NCBI RefSeq assembly: GCF_006345805.1
Contig: NC_042998.1
Location: 163,928,001-163,992,000 of the forward strand
Direction: 5' to 3'
Length of the DNA: 64,000 nucleotides
Source: Octopus sinensis
Lineage: Eukaryota
Part shown: one piece after another, positions 10,926-23,694 of the stretch
Layout: each line of letters begins with the position of its first letter
Numbering within the stretch: the stretch's first letter is position 1
The notes under the pieces: generated by a model
Told to the model about the DNA's origin: nothing
Seen by the model: only the letters and a program-made list of their open reading frames with translations
The model's database searches: none
Program-made: the position numbers and the translations under genes

Positions 10926-13506
10926 GTCTATACTCTTTTTTCTGTTTTTTGTAGTAACAGTTTTGTCACATGACAGCTTCTTTGCAATGTCATTTTTCGG
11001 AGACAATATGCATAAGGAATTTAAGTGCTCCGTAGTCATGGTAGATCAAAATTTATTCTTTACAAAGGAAAGCTTTGAGGAACTCCTTTCTGCTTCACAG
11101 CTCGTGATAGGCATTATCAAGTACAGTTTATGCGCAGTGGTAATATTAGGGGACACTTCAATTAACTGTTGTTCATAACCTTCAAATACATCAGAACCAG
11201 GGGTTTGGAGTTTCTTACTTGTTTTGTTAAAACGCTCCATAACTTCTTCCCAATTGATTGTTAAAACAGCATATACCAATTTTACCAACTTGTGGTATAA
11301 ATTTTTGCATTTCGTTTACATTCAGGCTTCTCTCCTGAGTCTTCAAACATATGTTTGAGAGTTTACAAAATACCCCTATATCCATTTTAATTGCCCGAAC
11401 TGCTTCATAATGTGCAGACATTCTAGTTACATTTAAGCTCTTTTGAGAAAAGGCTAGATTGCCCTATGTGTCCAAAATCCCCCATCTTCGAGGAAATTCA
11501 GAAAAGAAAACATACAGCTGGTGTAAGATGCCAAAATAGTCAACAACTTGGGGTACAGTAGACACTGCCTTTTACCAAACAAGGTTGAGTGAATGGCTTC
11601 CAGATGATACATAGTCTGCATACCTATTGCAGCCCTTTCTCCGAGCCCTTCACATTGGAAACATTGTCGTACAACTGACCACGGATATTTTCAGAAATTG
11701 TGTTATTTTGTTGAACAAGGTCGTGTATGAGTGGTTTTCTATTGGAAAAAATGCTAAAAACTCTCGCATTGGCTTTCCATTATCGAACCACAATTACTAG
11801 CTGCTCAACATGTGTCACGTCAGGTGTGGAGTCAACTATAATTGTATAGTATTTGGTGTCTAGGTTGTTGATCTGATTCACCACTTCATCTTTCACATGT
11901 TTTCCCATGATTTCTGTCAATTCTTCATACACAGATTTGGATAGGTTAGTAATGTTTACTTTTTCATTTTTACATTTCTCTAAATGTTCATATAAAAATG
12001 GGCCAAACTCCGAAATAAGCTCAATGGCCCCCATGAAATTTCCATTATTTGGGGAGCCCCACCTTTTCTCATAACCTCTAAATGCTAAACCTCTTTCACT
12101 TAAACACTTTATAACTGCTACAACTCTTTTTAGTACTTCAAAATAGTACTGCATGTTTTTTCCCCAACTGTTCCTCAAGTTGCTGATCCACAGTGTTTTT
12201 ATTTGACTTTCATGTTAGCCAGCTCAACTTCGCCGTTATGTTCCATGCTGTCTTCATGATTTTCTAGAGTTCTGAGTATATTCATTCAATAAGAAAACCT
12301 ACCTGTTGTAAGTGATATTTGGCATTTAGAAAAAAGTTTGCGCTTTGAGTAAACTAACCAGGATCTCACCACAGGCTGACAATTTTTCAATCTTATTTTC
12401 AAAGTTCTTGTTTGAGAAACTTCGATTTTGTTGTTTTTAAATCTTGTGGGATTCAGTATATACATTATCTGTTTTTTTTTTAAAACAGAACAAAAAACAA
12501 AACAAAAAAACCCCTGATGTATTGCATTAAACAGTCTTGTATGAAATCATTATCAATTGTTACAGGCCAGTTTGCCAGGTTACTGTATTCTTTGAAATCA
12601 CTAAATTTGCTTCGTGCTTCTTGTTTCTGCTCTCTCTTTTCTTGAAGTTCTTGACCACTGTGATCACCATCTGCACCTAAAGTATCAACAGTAGGTTTGA
12701 ATATTGCTAAACAGAGCGCTCATGGTTTGTGCACTTTCATTGACTTCACTGGGGCTTGCATGGCTTGTTTCAGTTGCAGGTGATGACAAACTTTTACTTG
12801 ATATTGTAAAATAGTATGATAGCTTTTGACATTTAGAAATTTCGTTAGATTGCTGTTCTTTGAGTTGAGCCGTTCTGGTATGCGCTTAAGTACTTTCTTA
12901 AAGACATTGCTATTCGTCTTGTGAAAAAAAAAAATTGGGGTAATATTTTCATTAGCCACAACAAGACAGAGATCGATCAAGATAAGGGCCCACAACTCAA
13001 TATATAGTCATAAATGAAGAATTGTTCATTTTATATAAGACGATATTGAAACAATTTTTAAAGTAGAAAAAGTGCTTTGTTACTGAACAGATTGTAAGTC
13101 CAAAATTAGAAGCCAAATTCTTTCATTGGTCATAAAGTAACGGTGTGAAAATAAGAATTCTTATCTCTACAATGCTGATGTAGTGGTAGACATATTTGAC
13201 AATGGAAGTTTGCAAAATAATTCAAGTAAAGCAAATTATCTGAGAGTCGTTTGTACTTTTATTTTTTATGCTACTCCACACTGGCAGAAACAACAGGTGA
13301 ACAACTCTTGGCTAGACACGGCGTGTCTAGATTCTGCATAGGAGTATGATATAATGTTCACTAAAACTGGTAACAGCAATCTGCATGGCAAAATGCAACC
13401 ACGAAAAAATTGTTAGAATGAAAAAATTAAGTTGCTTCAGAGGGCCCCTCCTGGATTAGGGGCCTTGAAGCTCAGCTTCATTAGTTTTATGGTAGATCCG
13501 CCACTG
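10925..13506 (-). mobile_element. Decayed hAT transposon (DUF4371/ZMYM1-like transposase with hATC dimerisation domain)
   Basis: Peptides RGLAFRG...NNGNF, IIVDSTPDVTHVEQL (first catalytic Asp), LYLIMPITSCEAERSSSKL and MTTEHLNSLCILS. 5' TIR CAGTGGCGGATCTACC ends at 13506 with AGGGCCCC subterminal motifs. Frameshifts and stops present; the second TIR was not found. Confidence 0.92.
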
Positions 13507-13935
13507 TAGAGACTTGCTGCTTTTGTTGTTGTTCAGCCCCAACTCAGCTCTGAACGAGTAGCATATTTATAATCAATGCAATCTAGCTGTGGCCATCGTG
13601 TCTCTTTTTCAGGCATTAGTATGTTTATGTCTATATATCTCAGTTTAAGACGATAGGATATAATATGAGGGACATTTTTCATTGCTATTTTCAGCAAATC
13701 GAGTGACCACACAGAAGCTCGCTATATCATTAGAGCAAAATCGTTATATAAAAAGTATGACATTTATTAGGTCGACCAATTATGAAATTAGTCATAATTG
13801 GCTCTTCTAGCCCCCGTCTATTTAATTAAGCCTTCCAATTAATATACGAGGTTTCATATTCACTTACTGATAAAACAGAACGAAATAAACCGGTGTTTAG
13901 GTTCCACATTAAAAACAATGTCAAAACGTATAAAT

Positions 13936-14178
13936 CAGTGGTTCTCAATCATTTTTTGCCATGGACCCCTTTGATTCCTATTTTACTCTACTGACCCCCT
14001 GACCACTCAATGTTTTAATATTTAGAATTAAATATTATTAGGAATTGTATTAAAAAATTGTAAAAATATTTTGCGTATTATACAAGTATAATCAATTTAT
14101 TGCACATAAATTTTAACTACAAAATCTTATATGAACCCCACCCCAGGGGCTATATGGATCCCGATTGAGAGTCAGTTG
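13936..14178 (+). mobile_element. hAT-type MITE
   Basis: Left TIR CAGTGGTTCTCAA, degenerate right TIR ATTGAGAGTCAGTTG, GGACCCC internal motifs. Confidence 0.75.
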
Positions 14179-14220
14179 TATTAAGTTTATAAGTGTCTTC
14201 TTCATAGTTTGGAGAACAGT

Positions 14221-14590
14221 AAAGTACAGCTAACATGTACAGAGGGCACGGTATAAAATTTCCTACAGTGATCTGTGTCGGTACTAGTTGGAGCACAACT
14301 GTATAGAACACAATCGAGGCACGTCTAGCTGATGCACAAGTAGGTGAATCACAATTAACTACGGCACGGTATTTTGAGGCTCATCTAACTGCAGTATGAC
14401 ATATCTAAACAAAATTATCTAAAGCTCAACGGGGTAAGGTACAAATAACCGAAGCACATTTGAGGCGCAACTAAGTGCGGACTAATTTGAGTGGCACATT
14501 CAGGAGGAAATACAGCTAAAGTACAAGTAGATGTAGTCCAACTAACTGATCTACAACTTCATGTACAGCTAAGTGAGGCTAGGGAGAAAT
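14221..14590 (+). pseudogene. Decayed pentapeptide-repeat-like coding sequence
   Basis: 15-nt periodicity; 14316-14465 reads EARLA DAQVG ESQLT TARYF EAHLT AV*HI *TKLS KAQRG KVQIT EAHLR. More units (KVQLT, GAQLY, EAQLS, EIQLK, VVQLT, DLQLH) lie in shifted frames. Confidence 0.55.
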
Positions 14591-15245
14591 AAAGCCATCT
14601 GAGCTACAAATAGTACTTAAGATAAATATAAATCTGGTGACTATTAAGCATATGTTTTTTTCTTATTTCTTCGAGCCCCTGGGATTCATAAGGCCGGTTA
14701 CATGGTGACCGAGATCACAAGAGTCCCTAGCAAAAGTAGGCGAGAATAACGCTCCACAACCGTGACGCCTTGGAGCAACACGGCTTCGGGCTTGCCGTAG
14801 CGTCGGTTTGCCAAACCCGGTTCTACTCGTGACACGTAGATAAACAAACAACCCCGAAGACCCGGATTCATCAAATCCTGGGGACAGCACCATCGGGCAA
14901 CTGGAGACAGCATAGTGACATTAAAAAACGTACGCTTCGGCCAGGATGCTTTTCGCAGTGGCAGTGCTGCGAGAGGTTGACCTGATTCCAATGGTCTTCT
15001 CTGGGGGAGACGATGCTGCTCTCTTTCAGATCATGAACTACGAATTTTCACTCAGCCAGCTAATTATTTGTGATGCCAGTGTTTTGTTAATCAATGTTTT
15101 TAAATATCAGTAGAAGTGAACTTTGTCTACGCCTCCGATTCATGGTGGATACTTGCTATTGATGATGTACAAAGAAACAGAAATTCTGATTTAGCAATGT
15201 CACCGATCTTGTACGTTTTCCGTCTGCAACTGATATTCTTCAGTG

Positions 15246-15463
15246 CTAAGGTGGCGAGTTGGCAGAAACGTTAGCACTCCAGGCGAAATGCTTAGTGGTA
15301 TTTCGTCTGTCTTCACGTTTTAAGTTCAAATTCCGCCGAGGTCGACTTTGCCTTTCATCCTTTTGGGGGTCGATAAATTAAGTACCAGTTGCGTACTGGG
15401 CTCGATCTAATCGAGTGGCCTCTCCCTGAAAATTTCAGGCCTTGTGCCTTAAGAGTAGAAAAG
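15246..15463 (+). mobile_element. SINE family 1 (short form) with 14 bp target-site duplication
   Basis: GATATTCTTCAGTG at 15232-15245 and 15464-15477 flanks a complete copy. Confidence 0.92.
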
Positions 15464-15934
15464 GATATTCTTCAGTGTTATATTGCAGCATATGTCGATA
15501 CGACAAGCTTTTTCAAGACAAATGCTGCAGTTTTGTGGTTTTCGATATTTTATCCACGTTTAGTAAGATATACAGAATACTATTCTGAACTAATTTTGCT
15601 TCCGTCATTAATAAAGAATGTATGTATGTCTGTGTATGTGTGTAAAAGTTATAATGGCTGTATTTTTCAACTGATTTTCTCCAAACTGGGATGATTTTAG
15701 ATGATTTTAGATTCTTAAAATTTTTCATATAATGAGTAACGGGTTCCCTGGGGGCAAAAAATATCCGTTCGTGGGTTACGTGGAGAAAGGAGGTAACTCT
15801 TTGCGAAGTAACTTTCAGTAATTGATTATCTTCCTTACATCCATTGGTCATAAAAACATTGCTTTTATCTTAGATTCAAGTCTTTGAAAATTAAAAAAAT
15901 ATTTACTTTCGGTTTTCTAGCGTCAGTGACATCT

Positions 15935-15986
15935 ATATCTCTATCTACATCTCTCTATCCATCTCTATCTCTCTACATGTCTCTAT

Positions 15987-16064
<78 letters not shown>

Positions 16065-16097
16065 ATCCATCTCTATCTCTCTACATGTCTCTATTCA

Positions 16098-16128
<31 letters not shown>

Positions 16129-16210
16129 ATTCCTCTTTATCTATCTATCTATCTATCTACATCTTATTTGTCTAAACTAGCTAGCTCTCGCTCTCTCCCC
16201 TCTATCTATA
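15935..16210. repeat. Complex (TC)n/(TATC)n microsatellite with internal duplication
   Basis: Direct reading. Confidence 0.9.
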
Positions 16211-16229
16211 TCTCACTCACTCCATATTG

Positions 16230-17020
16230 TTTTCACTTTCAGCTGAATCACTTTCAGCTGAATCACTTTCAGTCCAATCACTGTAAGTTTTTAACCACTG
16301 TTTACAAACAACAACGACAAATTACTGAGAGAAAGAAGTTTACAATTACTGAAGAAAGTAATTTCATACATAATTTACTGACAGAAGTAACTTCATAAAT
16401 TTCACTTCAATCCGTACATTTCGTGAAATTTGCCCACAAATTTCTTATTTACTTTTGCAACGGTTTGGGTTTTTTTTTATTTTTGTTGTTGACGGAATTA
16501 ATGATAACAGTAAGTTCATAATTTACTGACAGAAGCAACTTCCAAAAGTTTCACTTAAATCCATACACTGAGTTAATTTCCCTATTTTTTTTTACTTTTG
16601 CAACAGTTTTGTATTTTTCTGTTGTTAACAGCTTTTTCTGGTTCCTTCGATATTGGCTCTTTGGTTCACTGACAAATTTCGCTTCAACCCGTACAATTCC
16701 TTATTTTCTGTAGAAGTTTCTTACTTGTTTTCTGCCCGTCGTATTAAGATATATAATTTCCATTACCCAGTTATTTTCAATGTTTACTATCTTGCGCACC
16801 CGTATATTTCTGTATACGTATATAACCATGCTTAGAAGGAACGTGTCAAATTTGTCTACAACGTCAAGGTTAGCCAAAAGAATGTCTCTGTCCAGGGAAA
16901 GAGAGACAGCTGCAGAAGGGGAAGAATACCAAGAAACGAACAGACTGTGCACTACAAAAGCCTCTCAAAGGGATGAGCAGCGGCATGCACGACTGACAAG
17001 GAATAGGATCTCCACTACAT
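16230..17020 (+). mobile_element. 5' portion of a Helitron (tandem-repeated 5' region plus start of the ORF)
   Basis: Peptide MLRRNVSNLSTTSRLAKRMSLSRERETAAEGEEYQETNRLCTTKASQRDEQRHARL resembles the charged repeat N-terminus of Helitron Rep/Hel proteins. Duplicated ~120 bp upstream blocks; truncated by a SINE. Confidence 0.55.
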
Positions 17021-17039
17021 ATGTACATATGCATTCTTT

Positions 17040-17269
17040 ATTCTTTTATTCTTTTACTTGTTTGTCATTTGACTGCAGCCATGCTGGAGTACTGCCTTTT
17101 TATTCGAGCAAATCGATCCCAGGACTTATTCTTTGTAAGCTTGGTACTTATTTTATCGGTTTCTTTTGCAGAACCGCAAATTTATGGAAACATAAACGGA
17201 CCAACATCGTTTGTCAAGCGACGGTGGGAGGGGAACAAACAGTCACAATGACCGACACACAAAAATATA

Positions 17270-17310
<41 letters not shown>

Positions 17311-17447
17311 CTACCAAATCCACTCAAGTTGTTGGTCGGCCCGAGGCTATAGAAGAAGATACTTGACCAAGGTGCCACCCAGTGGGACTGAACCCAGAAG
17401 CATGCGGTTGAGAAGCAAGCTTCTTACCACGCATTCATGCCTGCGCC
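17040..17447 (-). mobile_element. SINE family 2
   Basis: Reverse complement of the family consensus, with internal (TA)n. Confidence 0.9.
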
Positions 17448-17505
17448 TATATATACATATATATATGTGTGTTTGTGTGTGTGTGTGTACACACTCATAC
17501 ATACA

Positions 17506-17740
17506 CGAAGGGGTGCTGAAAAATTCTTGGCAAAGAGGAAATAATAGAATAATAAAGTGTCGCGAAAGGCCTGTTTGGAGGCCCAAACTTCAGAGCTTTT
17601 TTACAGGGCTCAGAAGAACTGAAGGGCCACTGCGATAATTGTATGAATCCGAGAGAAGAATATGTTAAATAAAATCATAATTAATTTATCCTCCTGTATT
17701 TTCTTTTACCCAAATCCAAGAATTTTTCAGCACCCTGTGG
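17506..17740 (+). mobile_element. Mariner-derived MITE (family M1)
   Basis: Degenerate TIRs CGAAGGGGTGCTGAAAAATTCTTGGC; same interior as 46699-46979. Confidence 0.85.
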
Positions 17741-17770
17741 TATACACACACACATGTATATATATATATG

Positions 17771-17806
<36 letters not shown>

Positions 17807-18444
17807 TGTATGTATGTATGCATGCATGCATGTATGTATGTCTATATATGTATATATATATATATATATGAGCGTGTGTGTGTATAATACAAATAATTAA
17901 GAAAAGGACGACAGATAGAAAAAAAATAAATAAAGAAAGAGAATTTCGCGAAAGAGGAAATAACAGAATAATAAGAGGAAAGGCGAGCACAACCAAACAT
18001 ATAAACAAGAACATTAAACAACAACAATAACAACTACAACCGTAATAACAACTTCGGCAACGAAAATAAACACTCCTGCCCTGCATAGCAGCCGAGAAAT
18101 TTGAAGACATGCAAACGAAAATGAGTTGAAATAACCTTTCATTGGAAATAATTATGTCGTGACTATTATGTTTTTCTTTCCAGAGATTTGGATCTAGTAT
18201 TGTGAGAATCTGTCAGAGTCCAGCGTTCAGTGGATAATTTGTAACGTATGGTATAACCTTTCTTAATAAACATAATTTTTGCCTCGCTGAGAAAAGTTAA
18301 TAAAATGATTACGCCACAAGTTTTATCTGTCCGTTGTCAGAATAAAATAGGAACAATCTGACATTCTTCTAATCTTAGACTTTCGTCAGAGAAAAAATAC
18401 CTGCCTTTGGCCCACGGAGTAAGCATTGTGGTCATTATTAATAT

Positions 18445-19352
18445 TAGCTTGAAATTTTGGCTCAAGGCCAGCGAGTTCGGGGCAGGGGGCAAATCACTTA
18501 CATCGACTCTAGTGCTCAACTGTTATTTATTTTATCGACCTTGACCTCGGCGAAATTTGAACCTAGAAAGTAAAGACTAAGCATTTTCCCCCTACGTGTT
18601 GACGATTCTGCCGGCTCGTCGCCTTCGTCGCTGTTAATATTGGTTGTTTGATGATAATGTTAGAGTATTGGGTGTTAATGTTACTTTTCAAGGTTGTGGT
18701 AACGGTGATGGCATTGATCATAGTGGCAGCTCGTGTAGATTCTTGTTATTTAGTTCAGTGGTTCTAAAGCTTGTAAATCCTTGAATTCCAGCCGAAAATA
18801 TTGATTTCAAATTTTGGCACAAGGCCAGCAATTTTGAGGGAGGGTTATGCCGATTGCATCGACCCCAGTGCTCAATTGCTATCGACTCCGAAAGGATGAA
18901 AGTCAAAGTCGACCTCGGCGGAATTTGAATTCAGAATGTAAAAACGGACCAAATGCCGCTGAGTATTTTGCCCAGCGTGCTAACGATTCTGTCACACACA
19001 CGCACGCACGCACACACACACGCACACACACACTCACGCACGCACGCACGTACACACACACATGTATGTGTGTCTGTGTATGCGCGCGTATGTGTGTCTG
19101 TGTTTGTGGCACCCGCAACTATTTCTTTACTATCCACAAGGGGCTAAACACAGAGAGAACAAACAAGGACAGACAAACGGATTAAGTCGATTATATCGAC
19201 CCCAGTGCGTAACTGGTACTTATTTACTCGACTCCGAAAGGATGAAAGGCAAAGTTGACCTCGGCGGAATTTGAACTCAGAACGTAGCAGCAGACGAAAT
19301 ACTGCTAAGCACTTCGCCCGGCGTGCTAACGTTTCTGCCAGCTCGCAGCCTT
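18445..19352 (-). mobile_element. Cluster of three SINE family 1 copies (about 18445-18626, 18790-18992, 19105-19352)
   Basis: Repeated GTCGACCTCGGCGGAATTTGAAC motif with family-1 heads on the minus strand. Confidence 0.85.
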
Positions 19353-19840
19353 AAATGTGGCCCCCACAACCTTTCCATCAACCAAATCCATTAACAAAGC
19401 TTTGATCAGCCCAAGGCTTTAGTCGAAACCATTTGCCCAAAGTGCCATGCTATAGAACCATGTGGTTGGGAAGCAAGCTTCTTAGCACACAAGCCATGCC
19501 TTTGTGCATTTTCAACTCAGTAAGGTGTGGTTTGAAGGAGATTCGAGATTCGACTGCTATTTCTAGAAAGTGAAACAACCACGTACAGCATCCTTGTCAG
19601 CTGGTTGTGGAGGTGGTGGTGGTAGTGATGAACAACAGCGTATTCTACTGTGTAAGGTCACGAAACAGGTGGATGGCGGATGGACGGCACTTGTTAGTAG
19701 GGGCTAGGTTGCGAGGTGGTTGGAAAGTGGGATTGACACTTGGCCTTTAAACGGTAGCAATGGGAGTGAGGCAGAGGAATAGATTAGATAGAGGAGGTGT
19801 GCTTTGGTTATGTACAAGTAGTAGGGGATCCACACACACT

Positions 19841-19878
<38 letters not shown>

Positions 19879-19915
19879 AACACATACACACACTTATGAC
19901 ACATACATACATACA

Positions 19916-20126
19916 CAGGGTGGACCAAAATTCACGCACCAAAACATTTGACATTTTATTTATATTACGTTATCATTTTTATTCATTTTGCTCGTAATGC
20001 ACAAGTACGTGTGTATTTATCAATATTTTATTTCTTTTATTCAATTTTAGAAAAATTGCTTTCGAAATGCGATAAGCATATACTAAATAAGTTTTAATCT
20101 TGGTGCGTGGGTTTTGGTCCACCCTG
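19916..20126 (+). mobile_element. Tc1/mariner-type MITE (family M2)
   Basis: TIRs CAGGGTGGACCAAAATTCACGCACCAA and TTGGTGCGTGGGTTTTGGTCCACCCTG followed by TA; inverted copy at about 49497-49705. Confidence 0.85.
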
Positions 20127-20399
20127 TATATATATTACATAGGATGACAACCTAAGATCATTTCAGATCAACTTGACTATTTCATCAAGTAATGGGAGAT
20201 GGAGAGACAGGCAACTGTAGGGCAAGGGAGTGAGGCGGAGGTTAGAGCTTGTGAGACGGGTAGCGGATCAGGAAAGGAATGGCAAGTGTTGGTGATGATA
20301 TGTAATTAGACCGGAAATCGGGAGAGGTAAAATGCTTCACACACCGGATGCAGTTTCAGAAGACCACAGACTTAGTGTTTTTCCCTTTAATAATCTGTT

Positions 20400-20435
<36 letters not shown>

Positions 20436-20636
20436 GTGTGTGTTGTGTGTGTGTGTGTGTGTTGTGTGTGTGTGTGTTGTGTGTGTGTGTGTGTGTGTTG
20501 CGCGCGCGCACACACGCATTTTTGTGTGCGCGTATTATGTATGTACTTGCATGTGTGATTATAGGTAGTGTGAGAGCTTTGTGATTGTGTACGTGTATAT
20601 GTATGTCTGAAAACATACTTATAAACATTCGTGTAC

Positions 20637-20716
<80 letters not shown>
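20637..20716. repeat. (ATCT)n microsatellite
   Basis: Direct reading. Confidence 0.95.
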
Positions 20717-20809
20717 GCTTCTTTAGCTGTCTTACTCTCTCTCTCTCTCGCGCGCTATATGCATGTACGTATGTGTCTACGTACGCGCACGCTCACAGAC
20801 ATACACACT

Positions 20810-21090
20810 CGGTCACAGGTGTGGCTGAAGGATACAGAAATTTACTTCACAACCTTGCGATATCACTGCGTGACATACTGGGCAAGAAGCATAGTCGATG
20901 CATTTTTACCTGTAATCCAAACCTCCACTCTCGTCTCGCAATGCTACACTGATTCTCTTTGGGAATTGCGTCTGGATACACATGTCTGTGGAGTACTCAG
21001 CCGCTTCGTACGTAAAATCAATGGAATAGGTCATTCGTCTAATCTAACAACTGGATGCTCATGCACCGAAGTTGATGTGAGAGTCCATCC
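20810..21090 (+). mobile_element. Highly diverged SINE family 3 copy
   Basis: ATGTCTGTGGAGTACTCAGCCGCTTCG matches the family-3 3' region. Confidence 0.6.
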
Positions 21091-21139
21091 CGCTCTCTCT
21101 CTCTTTCTCTCTCTCTCTCTTCTCTCTCTCACACAAATA

Positions 21140-21235
21140 CACATACATACATACATACATACATACATACATACATACATACATACATACATACATACAT
21201 ACATACATACATACATACATACATACATACATACA

Positions 21236-21262
<27 letters not shown>
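21140..21262. repeat. (CATA)n microsatellite
   Basis: Direct reading. Confidence 0.95.
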
Positions 21263-21266
<4 letters not shown>

Positions 21267-21349
21267 GTGTGTGTGTGTATACATATATATGTGTGTGTGT
21301 GTGTGTATGTGTGTTAGTGTATAAATATAAAAATGGAGCAAAAACGCCA

Positions 21350-21790
21350 TAGAGGACAATAAAGCATTCGGACAGATAGACGATACAAAGGGGGGGGAGG
21401 AGAAACAACAATTAGAAGGACAGGCAAAAAAAAAAGACGGGTCAATCGTGGCCTTCTTTCCTCAGTCAAGTATACCAGAAGTCCTTACTGTTTCGGGCAG
21501 TTACACTTGAGACAGTTCGATCTGGTTGTCCCCACCAAAAGTCGAAGCTAAGAGCATTAAACTTTTTTGTAAGAAAGCTAGCGAAGGTGTACGGTAACAA
21601 AGACAAAAAACGGAGAACATCGTACATAATTCCAAATACAGACAATAAGAATATAACAACAGGTGTCTTTCGACTGAGAATGAATCAAATTGAGCTGGCG
21701 TGTAAGAAGTGAAAACCTAAAGGCAGGAACACAGGAGATGAACATAAGAGGTGTTGACGGTCGGCAGTCAGGCCAAGAAAGAAAGATCAT
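21350..21790 (-). mobile_element. Penelope-type terminal repeat (pLTR) fragment, family P1
   Basis: Shares AAGCTAAGAGCATTA and CAGGTGTCTTTCGACT blocks with 31019-31500, 34430-34620 and 50960-51260. Confidence 0.6.
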
Positions 21791-21842
21791 ATATATACAT
21801 GTGCATGTGTGTGTGTGTGGTGCGTGTGTGTGTGTGAGTAAA

Positions 21843-22024
21843 CGAAGGGGCGCTGAACAGTTCATGGCCTGGTTGGAGGCTCAAACTTCCGATTCTTTTA
21901 TAGGGCTTAGAAAAACTGAATAAGTGCGTGAATTTGAGAGGGGAATATGTTGACTAAACTCATAATTAACTCATCCACTTGTATTTTCTTTTCCCCAAAA
22001 CCAGGAACTTTTCAGCACCCCTCG
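21843..22024 (+). mobile_element. Mariner-derived MITE (family M1), internally deleted
   Basis: Right TIR CCAGGAACTTTTCAGCACCCCTCG followed by TA. Confidence 0.85.
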
Positions 22025-22149
22025 TATATGTATATGCATTAAGTGCATAAGTATGTATATATGCATGTGCGTGTGTGTTTAATGTGTTTACATATACACA
22101 CATACATTGCAAACGTATGTATATCGAATTCCTACTGCAGCACTTCATA

Positions 22150-23000
22150 ATGGTGTAACCGTGACAGTGGTTGTTCGGTTGCTAAGGTTGCGTGGCGAAT
22201 GCCCTGGCAGGTACTGGACTACTGACCCTCCCGAACGACTGCTTCACGGAAGCGACCACATTGTCTACTCGCTAGAAGCTGGAAGCTAGTTAATCTGAAG
22301 AGGTAAATAAAAGATCCTGCCTGCCTAGCTAGCAAGGTGGCTTCGTTTTGCAAGCTAAAACGATACGAAGAAATGGGCCTCAGTGTCCTGCTGGACAATC
22401 AGATTGCTCTATGGCGGCGGAGCGAAACCCGTGCGACCGGAGTCCGCTGAGAGTATCAGGTACCTATAAGACGCCAAGGAAACAGATAACGGCCCTTGCC
22501 ATATGTACTTACAACTGCAGGTCTTTGGCAGGGAGAACCGGAATGACCCATCTAATGGAAAAGAAAAAAGAGAATCAAATGTGATTTGCTAGGCCTCTGT
22601 GAAACACGTTGAAGAAAATAAATAAATCTGAGATGGACATATGGACGTGTCGTTAGATTGGGAAAAGCGGAAGGTGCGAGAGTAACAGCTGGTATAGGGT
22701 TCATCGTAAGCAGAGAATGGGCTTCGAAAACTGTTTCTTGCCAATTGCCTTCATCATGCATCGGTATGCTAAACATCCGTCTCTCGAGAAATGCCACCCT
22801 GAAGATCATTCAGATCTATGCTCCCACAAATGCGAACGAAGACGACAAAGTGGAAGGATTCTACCCATGAGCTACTTATATCATAGTGATGGGAGATTTC
22901 AATGCAGAGGTTTGAAAAGGACGACAGGGAGAGAAATAGTTATGTTTGGATCAGGAAAGGGAAACAAAAGAGGAGAACGTTTGGTTACAATGCACAAGTA
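22150..23000 (+). mobile_element. RTE-clade LINE, 5' UTR plus decayed AP endonuclease
   Basis: APE motifs ICTYNCRSL, TAGIGFIV, LKIIQIYAPT, VMGDFNA and GNKRGERL across frameshifts. Confidence 0.88.
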
Positions 23001-23375
23001 AAACAATATTAAATTTTTTGGATTATAAGCAGTGTTGTTGCGCAGTAGCAGATGGACTCTACACAATTTGCATATATATCCCAGACTCCAGTGATTCCAA
23101 TTCGCTTTGAGGTGATTCTGTATATGATGTAGATGATCTGAAATAACAGCGAAATAAAAGCATCCATCATCCTCATTCATCCAGGAGGCGAGCTGTCTCA
23201 CCTGGTTTGAGATATTCAGTGAATTTTTAACACTCGGCGTCTTAAAGAGACATTCCTTGACTCAATCCCGCAGCTAAAGAACGCTTAAACAAAACACATA
23301 TATGAGGTACGTGACATCGTTAATGTATATATATATATATATATATATAAGAAATTCCTTCCTTTCTATGTTTAT

Positions 23376-23419
<44 letters not shown>

Positions 23420-23585
23420 TATACGATGGGCGTCTTTCGGTTTCCGTCTACCAAATCTACTCACAAGGCTTTTGGTCAGCTCGAAGCTATAGACTCAAGC
23501 TGCCACGCGTGTGGTTGGGAAGCAAGCTTCTTACCACACAACCACGCTTGCGCCTATATATATATATATACATATATATACATAT

Positions 23586-23657
<72 letters not shown>

Positions 23658-23662
23658 TATCA

Positions 23663-23694
<32 letters not shown>

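Noticed and set aside
15205-15245. Minus-strand CTGAAGA...GAAA hammerhead candidate
   Set aside because: No stem II pairing; the motif overlaps the SINE target-site duplication.
20332-21411. Long ORFs such as 20585-21352 (255 aa) and the many CV/HT/YI/MYVC-rich ORFs
   Set aside because: Stop-free frames produced by (TG), (CA), (TA), (ATCT) and (CATA) microsatellites.
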